A DNA stretch of 16,516 bases from Cyanobacteria bacterium J06626_4 (GTDB taxonomy: Bacteria; Cyanobacteriota; Cyanobacteriia; Phormidesmidales; Phormidesmidaceae), in the NCBI GenBank assembly GCA_038523235.1, contig JBCBJQ010000123.1, positions 1 through 16,516 of the forward strand. Direction: 5' to 3'. How positions within the stretch are numbered: position 1 is the first letter of the stretch; every line of letters starts with the position of its first letter. The position numbers and the translations under genes are program-made. Below are positions 1 to 8,411 of this stretch, in pieces. Under the pieces are notes generated by a model. It made no database searches, was not told the origin of the DNA, and saw only the letters and a program-made list of their open reading frames with translations.

Positions 1-921
1 GTGCTTAGAACTATCGCTAGCTCTAGCTTACAGAGATGGAACTTTTTCTCAATCTTTTAGTTGCACATCGCGTTATTTCGGTGTATTTACAGAGATTTTC
101 AAGCGGTCATCAGGCAGATTGATGGGGAATCAAGTCTGATATGACTTCTCAGCTTTTGCAATCGATGGACACCCTCGCAATGAGTCTTCCAATTCAGGGC
201 TGACTTGTGGCGGTGCGCAAAAGCTTGCCAGATGATTCGGACAGGCGACCAAAACTCAGGACTGACGGTTGAGTCTGGGGTTTTAGCGGCTCTTCACATC
301 TGACCTGCAGATTTGATCTGTCGCTGAAGTTGAGGACGTGGATATCACTCTTTACCCCTGAGGACATCGGGAATCTGGATGACCCAGTACCAGGGCTTTG
401 GTGTTGCATGAGAAATCCTCCTAAGAGGCTCAGTATTTTCTCGTACGCAGCCTTTCTAAAAATCCAATGAAGTCGCGGATGCCTGGAATCCTCACTCAGG
501 TCAAGGTGATAGTGAGGGGTAAGTATCCTCGGAGTTGATGGCCATCGGGGTAACCCGAATGTGCGTAAAGTGATCACAACATCGCATATGGCATCCGAGC
601 AGCTTAAGAGCAACTGCACCGTAATGGTCGAGTGGGGGTTGCCAACCAAGACTCAGTTGTGGGTCGTCGGTATGAGCAATTGTGTCGGCGACGAAGCGGC
701 GATCGTCGGTAATGCGATTCCATTTTGAGCGGTGAATTGCCCTATCCAGTGAGTCCCACAGACTCGCTGCACCGTTCTCTGAAGTCATTGTGACAAGGAG
801 AACCCGTCGCTCCTCTATGCCCTCAGCATACCGACCTGGCCTTTGGGTCTCTGCTGCGCCGATCGCTGAGAGCATCTCAGCCATAACCATCTACTGCACC
901 CTGGAAAGGTTCTCGATCTTG

Positions 922-3627
922 ATGACGCGTCTTACTTCATTGATTTCCGCGATGGGTCTGGTGGCTGCAACCATGCTATTCCCCAGTGCAGCGACTGTCA
1001 TGGCGGCACCAGATCCCTTGCCGTCGATTCAGATGACATTAGAGACACCGCCCATTAAGCGAAGGGTGCGCATTGGGGTCATCGCGGCGCGTGGCATCAA
1101 TCATACCGAAACCAAGTGGCAGCCGACCATCGAGTATTTGAACCAAGCGATTCCTAGCGTTCACTTTGAGTTGATTGTGATTGATTTGGAGACAGTTGAG
1201 GCGATCGTTCAGACTCGGCAGATCGATTTCTTGCTGGCCAACCCAGGCACCTACGTCAAATCAGAAATGCGATATGGCGCTCGCCGCATCGCCACGTTAG
1301 AAAACTTCCGCGCCGGTCGTACCTACTCTGCCCTTGGTGCCGTTATTTTTCGCCGGGCCGACCGCACCGATATCCAAACGTTGCATGATCTCAAGGGCCA
1401 ACAGTTTATGGCTGCGAGTGAAACAGCTTTTGACGGCTGGCAGATTGCTTGGGCGACGCTGCAAAAAGTTGGCATTGATCCGTACCAACAGTTTCAAAGC
1501 TTAGCGTTTAGTCAAAGTCACGATGATGTCGTCTATGCCGTTCTCAATGGCGAAGTAGACGCGGGTACCGTGCGCACTGACACCCTAGAACGCATGACAC
1601 AAGCAGGCAAGATTAATCTTCGAGATATTGTGGTGTTGAATCACCAAACTCAGCCTGGCGATAGCTTTCCTTTTGTGCTGTCGTCCGAGCTGTACCCCGA
1701 ATGGCCGATGGCAGCTCTGGCTCAAACCCCGACAGAATTGTCAGAGCAGGTCGCGACCGCGCTCATGATGATTTCGGCTGATCATCCTGCTGCTCAAGCC
1801 GGGCAATATGGCGGCTGGACCATTCCCGCTAATTATTCTTTGGTGCATGAGACGCTGCGTGAGTTGCAGGTGAGTCCCTATGAGGATTGGGGCCAAGTCT
1901 CTTTATCTCAGGTGCTCTATCAGTATCGTTATTGGTTGGCGTTTACCGCGACAGCATTTGCCACGTTGGGATATGTCGGCATGCAATTGATCAATCGACG
2001 ACGCATTGAAGACAATCTACGTCGAGTAAACGCGACGCTTGAGGAGCGCGTTGAAGCCCGCACCCAAGAACTCCGAGCTGCTAAAGAAAAAGCCGAAACC
2101 GCGAATCGGTCAAAAAGTAAATTCCTCTCGAACATGAGCCACGAGCTGCGCACGCCCCTGAATGCCATTCTGGGGTTCACTGAAGTGATGCTGCGTGACC
2201 TCAATCTTAGTACCAATAACCCAGAGACCCCCCGTCAATCACAGCAAGAGACGTTGAGCATTATTTACCGAAGTAGTGACCATTTGTTGTCTCTGATCAA
2301 CAACGTGCTGGACATGTCGAAGATCGAAGCGGGTCATACGACCTTACGACTTAACCCGTTTGATCTTAAGGCCATGTTAGCGGCCTTGATTGAAATGCTG
2401 CATCTGCGGGCAACGACGCAAGGTATTTTGCTGCAGTACGAGTGTGGGCCACAAGTGCCGGCTTGGGTCTGTGGCGATGAACGCAAACTCCGGCAGGTAT
2501 TGATCAATCTGATCAACAATGCCATCAAGTTTACTCAAGAGGGCGCGGTGGTTTTGCGGGTTGGGGCGATCGCCCCCCCACCGGCTGCCAACACTGCCAC
2601 TGTGACTCACACTGTGACGTTTGAGGTTAAAGATACCGGCGTCGGCATTGCCGCTGCAGACATCAAACACTTGTTTGATCCCTTTGTGCAGGCCCAAGCC
2701 GGTCAGCGATCGCAGGAGGGCACTGGCCTCGGTCTGCCGATTAGTCGTCAGTTTGTGGAGCTGATGGGAGGTGAGTTACAGGTTAAAAGCACCCTGGGCA
2801 TCGGTACGAGCTTTCAATTTTCGCTACCGGTCACTGCTGCCGCCCCGCCCACCCTCGCGCCCCCGCGGGTCTCGCGCCACGTGATCGGCTTGGCACCTGA
2901 TCAGCCTGAGTATCGCATTTTAGTCGTTGACGATCAGTTAGAAAATCGTCAGTTGCTGCGTCGCTTTTTACAGCCGCTAGGCTTCCAAATTTATGCCGCC
3001 GAAAATGGCCGTGAAGCGGTCGAGCAATGGCAGCGACATCGCCCTCAGCTCATTTGGATGGATATTCGCATGCCCGTGATGAATGGTTATGAAGCGACCC
3101 AAGCAATCAAGCGTCAGTCTGCTGGCCAGGCTCCCGTGATCATCGCACTGACGGCGAGCGTCTTTGAGAATGAGCGATCGCACATCCTGCAGGCGGGATG
3201 TGATGATTTTGTCCGTAAGCCCATTAGCGTCACAGAACTGTTCGACAAACTGACACAGCATTTGGGTGTTCGTTACCTTTACCAAAACGAGTCTCTGTCA
3301 GCTGCCGCTCAACAGGGCCAGTCACCCCTGACGACAAGCGAATTAGCCGACCAGTTAGCCGCTCAACCCCAGGCATGGGTCACTCAGCTACAGTTGGCGG
3401 CTCGGGGAGCTGACGAAGACTTGATCTGGCCGCTGCTAGAGCAACTCTCGCCGACTCAATCTGCGTTGGCGCAGGCCCTCACGGAGCTGGTCAATGACTT
3501 CCATCTCGACCAGATTGTTCACCTAACGCAAGCGGTATCGACGACGGACGGCGGTCCATCGGGGACCGGGCGATCATCGGGGGCGATCGCCACATGGCCT
3601 CTTAATCATGAGAGGTCAACTTCATGA
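922..3627 (+). CDS. Membrane hybrid sensor histidine kinase: signal peptide, periplasmic PhnD/phosphonate-binding-like (TtrS-type) domain, TM helix, HisKA, HATPase_c, receiver domain, C-terminal helical tail
   Basis: H-box FLSNMSHELRTPLNAILGF, N-box QVLINLINNAIKFT, G1 FEVKDTGVGI, F LFDPFVQ, G2 GTGLGLPI; receiver ILVVDD...WMDIRMPVMNG...ALTAS...FVRKP. The N-terminal region RIGVIAARG...KWQPTIEYL...DFLLANPG...SHDDVVYAVLNGEVDAGTVRTDTLE...LYPEWPMA resembles PBP2 PhnD/TtrS sensors. TM helix YWLAFTATAFATLGYVGMQLI. ATG 922 is preferred over GTG 790 or ATG 817 because it begins a signal-peptide-like stretch and follows GGAAAGGT at 903-910. Confidence 0.92.
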   Translation: MTRLTSLISAMGLVAATMLFPSAATVMAAPDPLPSIQMTLETPPIKRRVRIGVIAARGINHTETKWQPTIEYLNQAIPSVHFELIVIDLETVEAIVQTRQIDFLLANPGTYVKSEMRYGARRIATLENFRAGRTYSALGAVIFRRADRTDIQTLHDLKGQQFMAASETAFDGWQIAWATLQKVGIDPYQQFQSLAFSQSHDDVVYAVLNGEVDAGTVRTDTLERMTQAGKINLRDIVVLNHQTQPGDSFPFVLSSELYPEWPMAALAQTPTELSEQVATALMMISADHPAAQAGQYGGWTIPANYSLVHETLRELQVSPYEDWGQVSLSQVLYQYRYWLAFTATAFATLGYVGMQLINRRRIEDNLRRVNATLEERVEARTQELRAAKEKAETANRSKSKFLSNMSHELRTPLNAILGFTEVMLRDLNLSTNNPETPRQSQQETLSIIYRSSDHLLSLINNVLDMSKIEAGHTTLRLNPFDLKAMLAALIEMLHLRATTQGILLQYECGPQVPAWVCGDERKLRQVLINLINNAIKFTQEGAVVLRVGAIAPPPAANTATVTHTVTFEVKDTGVGIAAADIKHLFDPFVQAQAGQRSQEGTGLGLPISRQFVELMGGELQVKSTLGIGTSFQFSLPVTAAAPPTLAPPRVSRHVIGLAPDQPEYRILVVDDQLENRQLLRRFLQPLGFQIYAAENGREAVEQWQRHRPQLIWMDIRMPVMNGYEATQAIKRQSAGQAPVIIALTASVFENERSHILQAGCDDFVRKPISVTELFDKLTQHLGVRYLYQNESLSAAAQQGQSPLTTSELADQLAAQPQAWVTQLQLAARGADEDLIWPLLEQLSPTQSALAQALTELVNDFHLDQIVHLTQAVSTTDGGPSGTGRSSGAIATWPLNHERSTS

Positions 3628-4085
3628 GCACCCATCACGCTGTCCCTAGCTTTGCTGACTGGGCTTTGCCATACTGGCCGTTGGGAATGGTCAGTCGGTT
3701 ATTAAGGTCTATACCTCCATTAATGTTGATAAATGGGCGTATACTCAGGCTCAATCATGGCACCGCAACCCGTCATCTCAAAGCTCAGCCTCGTCCTGAC
3801 GAGACCACCGTGATGGCCTGGTTTATCAACCTGCTGAGGCCAGATAAAGATCGGTTTTACCCAAAGATTTTTGATGATGTGTTGACCAACTATTTTCAGA
3901 CCTGCAGCGACGTCACAAACTGGCTCAATACCTGGCAGACCCCAGTCATCAGGACACCCATACAAGGGCTGGCCAGATCGCCGAGGCTCGGCAGCAGTGG
4001 AACTGACTCAAACAGTTGGTTGCTGCTCCCTATCCCCCCATGCCCTTCCATCTTGTTACATATTCTTTATTTTGTTCGGCCATGA
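3624..4085 (+). CDS. Putative 153-aa hypothetical protein bridging the two kinases (alternatively a pseudogene remnant)
   Basis: The ATG (3624-3626) overlaps the upstream kinase stop TGA (3625-3627). The stop TGA (4083-4085) overlaps the downstream kinase ATG (4082-4084). SD-like GAGGT at 3612-3616. Against it: no recognisable domain, and several ATA/AGG codons mostly in the first and last thirds. Confidence 0.3.
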   Translation: MSTHHAVPSFADWALPYWPLGMVSRLLRSIPPLMLINGRILRLNHGTATRHLKAQPRPDETTVMAWFINLLRPDKDRFYPKIFDDVLTNYFQTCSDVTNWLNTWQTPVIRTPIQGLARSPRLGSSGTDSNSWLLLPIPPCPSILLHILYFVRP

Positions 4086-5386
4086 CTCGCGATATTGACC
4101 ACGCTTATAAAGGTGACATTTTAGTCGTCGACGATCGCGCCGATAATCTCCGCCTGCTGGCGACGATGCTCTCAGAGCAAGGCTACAAAGTTCGCAAAAT
4201 TCTGAAAGGCGAGCTGACCCTTGAGGTGGCGCAAATCAACCCGCCTGATTTGATTTTGCTTGATGTCAGGATGCCTAAGATGAACGGTTTTGAGGTGTGT
4301 CAACAGCTCAAGGCCGATCACCACACTGAGTCAATTCCGATTATTTTTCTCAGCGCTTCTGATGAGCCCCTCGACAAGGTCAAGGCTTTTAGTGTTGGAG
4401 GCGAAGATTTCATTGCCAAACCGTTTGAAATCACCGAAGTCTTAGCCCGCATTGAGCACCAACTCAAACTGGTGCGCTTAAAGAGACAGCTCCGAGCGCA
4501 AAACCAGCAGCTGCAGGCAGAAGTCGCGGAACGGCTGAAAGCTGAGGCAGCACTTCAGCAGGCTAATGATGAGTTAGAAGAGCGAGTTAGCCAACGCACC
4601 CTCGAACTGACCCAAGCCAACCATTACCAGCAGCAGCTCGGGCAGCAGCTACAGCAATCGCTAGCGCAAGAGCAAAAACTGAGTCAGCTAAAATCACAAA
4701 TCATCACCACCATCGCCCACGAATATCGGACGCCCATGTCGATCATCAGCAGTTCGGTAGGGATGTTAGAAGATTACGGCGATCGGCTGACCGACCACTT
4801 GCGAAACAAGCACTTTGGTCGGGTTCAAAAAGCCATACAGCGAATGACCGATTTAATTGACGAGGTAATTTTTCTCAACCAAATCGAATTCGAAACGCTC
4901 GAGATCCAACGAGAAACCGTGAGTTTTCAAGAACTCATTGACAGCATATCGACTCAGATTAAATCGTCTAGTGAGTTATGCCCAACCTTTCAAGTAGAGA
5001 TTGATCCCGCCTGCGATCACCAATTGATTGATCACAGGCTGATGACCAAGATCTTGTTGAATGTGCTCCATAATGCCGCGAAGTTCTCACCTGACCCGTC
5101 GCCAATTACGGTGCAGGTATTCTGCACCTCTGAGCAGTTATGCATCATCGTTGAAGACACGGGTATCGGCATCCCCGAACAGGAATTAGCCCGGGTGTTT
5201 GAATCGTTCTATCGCGCCCAAAACGCTGAACATGTTCAAGGCATTGGTTTAGGGTTAACCATTGCACTGAAATGTGCTCATCTGCTAAGTGGACAGATTG
5301 ACATTGAGAGTCAGCTAGAGTCAGGAGCTCGAGTAACAATCAGCTTACCGCTCTATCAAATGGCTGATGTCGGTAATGCTTCATAG
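4082..5386 (+). CDS. Cytoplasmic hybrid histidine kinase/response regulator (REC - coiled coil - HisKA - HATPase_c)
   Basis: Receiver KGDILVVDD...DLILLDVRMPKMNG...IIFLSA...DFIAKPF; Gln-rich coiled coil; H-box IAHEYRTPMS; N-box ILLNVLHNAAKFS; G1 VEDTGIGIP; F VFESFYR; G2 GIGLGLTI. ATG 4082 lies just before the receiver domain and is preferred over TTG 4016. Confidence 0.93.
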   Translation: MTRDIDHAYKGDILVVDDRADNLRLLATMLSEQGYKVRKILKGELTLEVAQINPPDLILLDVRMPKMNGFEVCQQLKADHHTESIPIIFLSASDEPLDKVKAFSVGGEDFIAKPFEITEVLARIEHQLKLVRLKRQLRAQNQQLQAEVAERLKAEAALQQANDELEERVSQRTLELTQANHYQQQLGQQLQQSLAQEQKLSQLKSQIITTIAHEYRTPMSIISSSVGMLEDYGDRLTDHLRNKHFGRVQKAIQRMTDLIDEVIFLNQIEFETLEIQRETVSFQELIDSISTQIKSSSELCPTFQVEIDPACDHQLIDHRLMTKILLNVLHNAAKFSPDPSPITVQVFCTSEQLCIIVEDTGIGIPEQELARVFESFYRAQNAEHVQGIGLGLTIALKCAHLLSGQIDIESQLESGARVTISLPLYQMADVGNAS

Positions 5387-5404
5387 ATCAGCCATTACAG
5401 TATC

Positions 5405-5432
5405 CCGAGGACAGACAATTGCCTGTCCTCGG
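5405..5432. terminator. Stem-loop just after the kinase stop; probable terminator or 3' stabiliser
   Basis: CCGAGGACAG (5405-5414) and CTGTCCTCGG (5423-5432) are perfect 10-bp inverted arms around ACAATTGC. Confidence 0.55.
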
Positions 5433-5522
5433 AGTTTGGCAATGTTCAACCTCTGTGTGATCGGGGCAATTTTTTCAAACTGATTTTGAGCAACGTCCTT
5501 GCCGTGTCGCCGTTCTTAAACC

Positions 5523-5570
5523 TTTCAACAGTTGGGGAACTTGGCTAACAGCGTCCCCCAACTGTTGAAA
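5523..5570. terminator. Long stem-loop immediately after the glmM stop, between convergent genes
   Basis: TTTCAACAGTTGGGG (5523-5537) and CCCCAACTGTTGAAA (5556-5570) form a perfect 15-bp inverted repeat, 1 bp from the glmM stop codon. Confidence 0.65.
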
Positions 5571-5571
5571 C

Positions 5572-7017
5572 CTAGATTGCGAGGTTAACGGCTACGACGT
5601 TAGCAATGTGGTCAGTCCAATGGTCGACTAAAGCCGAGTGCTCAGCTTCGACCATGACGCGAATCAGCGGTTCGGTGCCAGAGGGGCGCACCAACACCCG
5701 GCCTAAATCGCCCATATCCGCTTCGGCTTGAGCGATCGCCTGTTTGACCGCACTGCAACTGGCCCAGTTTTTGCGGCGATCGCGATCTTCAACGCGAACG
5801 TTTTTGAGCCGTTGCGGATAGGTTTGAAAACTTTGATCCATCAGCTCCACTAGCGAGCCGCCTAGTTGCTGCACCAAATGAGCCAAGTGCAACGCCGTGA
5901 GAATGCCGTCACCAGTCAGGCTGTAGTGGTGGCAGAGAATATGCCCCGACTGCTCGCCACCGAGCTTGGCGCCGCGATCGACCATCTCGGCATGCACATG
6001 CTGGTCACCGACCGGAGTCCGCATTAGGGAGCCGCCGAGGGCGTTCCAAGCGCGCTCAAAGCCCAAGTTAGCCATCACCGTCGACACGATTAGGTTTTCT
6101 GGCAGGCGGTCAGCGGCCTTGAGCTGCTGGCCCCACAAATACAGAATGTAGTCACCGTCGACAACACGGCCTTTGGCATCGACTGCAATCACGCGATCGG
6201 CATCGCCATCAAAGGCAAAGCCAAGATCAGCCTCATGCTCCCGAATCGCTGTTTGCAGAGCGCCCAGATGTGTCGAACCGCAGTTGACGTTGATGCGATC
6301 GCCATCCGGCAGACCATGCAGCCCCACCACATCAGCCCCCGTGCGAGCGAAGGCACGGTGAGCAATCCCCGCAGCGGCCCCCCAAGCCATATCGAGCACT
6401 ACCTTGAGACCGCTTAGATCAAGCGTCGGCAAGGGTTCATGGAGAAATTCTAAATACTGGTTGACCAGCTCAGGGCGATGGTGCCATTGGCCCCATTGCT
6501 CCCCGGCCAGATTAATCAGTGCCCCACTGTGACCACGCAGGGCTTGCTCAATTTGTTGCTGCAGGGCAGTGGATAGCTTCGTACCCTCAGCCCCAAAAAA
6601 TTTAATGCCATTATCAGCCGGCGGATTGTGGCTAGCCGAAATCATCACCCCGCCGCTCGCCCCAACGGCTGGTGTGAGGTTGGCCACGGCGGCAGTGGGG
6701 CACAGGCCTAAGTTCCACACCTCTAAGCCAGCGGCGGTGAGCCCACCGGCCAGCGCCGACGCGATCATGTGCCCTGAGTTGCGCGAATCTTGACCTAGCA
6801 AGATCGGCCCCCCCAAGGGATAATGGTGTCGATAAACGTGCCCAGCCCAATAGCCAATCTGCAGGGCTAACGGTGCCGTTAACAGCTCACCAGCTTGGCC
6901 GCGAATACCATCTGTACCAAACAGTTTAGTAACCGGCAGCTCAAGCGGCTGCCAGCCCAGCCCAACCGGCACTGATACCGGGTTGCGGCTTGCTGACCGC
7001 GGGGGGGAACTTACCAT
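5572..7017 (-). CDS. glmM: Phosphoglucosamine mutase
   Basis: LFGTDGIRG, catalytic ISASHNP..DNGIKFF, metal-binding FDGDADR, GGEQSGH, and [18 protein letters not shown] motifs. SD GAGGAG lies 8 nt upstream of the ATG on the minus strand. Confidence 0.96.
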   Translation of the reverse strand: MVSSPPRSASRNPVSVPVGLGWQPLELPVTKLFGTDGIRGQAGELLTAPLALQIGYWAGHVYRHHYPLGGPILLGQDSRNSGHMIASALAGGLTAAGLEVWNLGLCPTAAVANLTPAVGASGGVMISASHNPPADNGIKFFGAEGTKLSTALQQQIEQALRGHSGALINLAGEQWGQWHHRPELVNQYLEFLHEPLPTLDLSGLKVVLDMAWGAAAGIAHRAFARTGADVVGLHGLPDGDRINVNCGSTHLGALQTAIREHEADLGFAFDGDADRVIAVDAKGRVVDGDYILYLWGQQLKAADRLPENLIVSTVMANLGFERAWNALGGSLMRTPVGDQHVHAEMVDRGAKLGGEQSGHILCHHYSLTGDGILTALHLAHLVQQLGGSLVELMDQSFQTYPQRLKNVRVEDRDRRKNWASCSAVKQAIAQAEADMGDLGRVLVRPSGTEPLIRVMVEAEHSALVDHWTDHIANVVAVNLAI

Positions 7018-7115
7018 ATAAATGACTCCTCACACACTCTCCAGTGGAGAATACCACCTCTTCTTAACAATCCACAGCTCATTAGACCGATTACCTCAAT
7101 GTCCACCCGTAACGC

Positions 7116-7553
7116 ATGACTTCTAACGTTTCCTCACCCGAGACCGATGCTTGGCAGGCAGGCATCGAACAGTTTAATCAGGGCGATTACTATGCCTGCC
7201 ATGACACCCTAGAAGCCATCTGGATGACCGCTGAAATTCCCGAAAAGCCCTTTTTTCAAGGGGTTTTACAGCTCGCGGTAGCGCTCTATCATCTGGGTAA
7301 TCACAATTGGCATGGCACCGCTATTTTGCTCGGGGAAGGCATTCGACGGCTAGAGCCCTTTGAGCCGAGTTACCGCGAAATTGACGTCACCGATCTGCTG
7401 GATTGTGCCAGCGTCTGGTTAGAATTAACACAACAGTTGGGGGCTGATCAGATTGCACTGGTAGCAGAGGCCCTGATTTTGACTCATCAAGGTAAGTCGG
7501 GAGTCGGAGCGACGGCCACCTTGCCGAAGTGGGAAATTCAACCTGGAAAATAG
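7116..7553 (+). CDS. DUF309 family protein
   Basis: Signature GIEQFNQGDYYACHDTLEAIW...FFQGVLQLAVALYHL..HNWHG...LLGEG..RL. Confidence 0.9.
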   Translation: MTSNVSSPETDAWQAGIEQFNQGDYYACHDTLEAIWMTAEIPEKPFFQGVLQLAVALYHLGNHNWHGTAILLGEGIRRLEPFEPSYREIDVTDLLDCASVWLELTQQLGADQIALVAEALILTHQGKSGVGATATLPKWEIQPGK

Positions 7554-7707
7554 GGTTATTTCCGAATTTGAATGACCTAAGTGTGTATACAAACGACAGA
7601 ATGGGCTGTCGTTACCACAAAACTTAACAGCGCGCCGCGCGCCTCGATGGAGTGGAACTCCGGTTAATTGGGTAACGTCTTAGAAGAACGTGATAGGGAA
7701 CGAAATA

Positions 7708-8262
7708 ATGGCCAATGGGGCAGCAACGGTGAGACGGGATACTCGAAATTTGTTATGGCGCGGGCGATCTCTACTGGGGCTGATGCTCACCGGCACCTTA
7801 GGCATGCTGTTAGCGATTGTTCTGAGACCCAGTCACATCGCCCATGCGCAAACGGGCACCCAAGGCACAATTACCCTCAAAGCCGATGTGCAAGAGGCCA
7901 ACGCCATCACTGGGGTGGTGACCGCTCGCGGCAATGTTCAGATTGAATATCCGGTGCGCGATATTTTTGCCACCTCTGCCCAAGCGCAATACTTTAGTGA
8001 AGAAAGCCGGATGATTTTGAGCGGCAACGTCGTGGTGCTGCAAGAAGGCAATCGTTTAGAGGCAGAAACCGTCACTTACTTGATTGATGAAGGCCGTTTC
8101 ATTGCTCTACCGCAGCCGAACGACCAAGTCGAAACCACTTACCTCTTGATCGACGAAACCGCCACAACAGAGGAAACTGAAGAGGAGGGCGACGAGACCG
8201 ACAATGGCGCGTTCAACAACCCGGCCCCTGATCCGGCGCTGACCATCTCACCCATTAATTAG
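7708..8262 (+). CDS. lptA: LptA/OstA family LPS transport periplasmic protein
   Basis: Signal peptide ending AHA-Q; beta-jellyroll motifs ITLKADVQEANAITGVVTARGNVQI and LSGNVVVLQEGNRLEAETVTY; located upstream of lptB. Start is uncertain (GTG 7690 or ATG 7708; the latter follows AGGGA). Confidence 0.88.
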   Translation: MANGAATVRRDTRNLLWRGRSLLGLMLTGTLGMLLAIVLRPSHIAHAQTGTQGTITLKADVQEANAITGVVTARGNVQIEYPVRDIFATSAQAQYFSEESRMILSGNVVVLQEGNRLEAETVTYLIDEGRFIALPQPNDQVETTYLLIDETATTEETEEEGDETDNGAFNNPAPDPALTISPIN

Positions 8263-8411
8263 CCGCCCACTGCTGATATAGAAAACGCTGTTTTGAACCC
8301 GGCAGATGGCATTGCTAACAGCGGTCTATTTTGCGAGGGGCAAATTTTGGGGAGACGCTTTGATAAAATTTGAGCCGACCCTTTGATCACCCTGCTTCGG
8401 TACGAAATCTC

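Noticed and set aside
130..140. 11-mer TCAAGTCTGAT shared with 16473-16483
   Set aside because: Many 11-mer matches are expected by chance in 16.5 kb, and no element is bracketed by them.
194..890. Minus-strand ORFs 194..649 (151 aa) and 501..890 (129 aa)
   Set aside because: They overlap each other, have no recognisable domains and have non-protein-like composition; probably spurious, though not excluded without a search.
790..921. N-terminal extension of the sensor kinase from GTG 790
   Set aside because: The signal-peptide-like sequence starts at ATG 922, and the extension looks like hairpin-containing leader sequence.
4016..4081. N-terminal extension of kinase 2 from TTG 4016
   Set aside because: The receiver domain begins right after ATG 4082, and the extension is pyrimidine-rich and non-domain-like.
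7038..7050. TCTCCA-G-TGGAGA palindrome in the glmM/DUF309 divergent gap
   Set aside because: The arms are only 6 bp and match no operator I can name.
5546..8323. TAACAGCG recurring in three intergenic regions (5546, 7625, 8316)
   Set aside because: Only 8 bp, in inconsistent contexts (terminator loop versus upstream regions), and subject to multiple testing.
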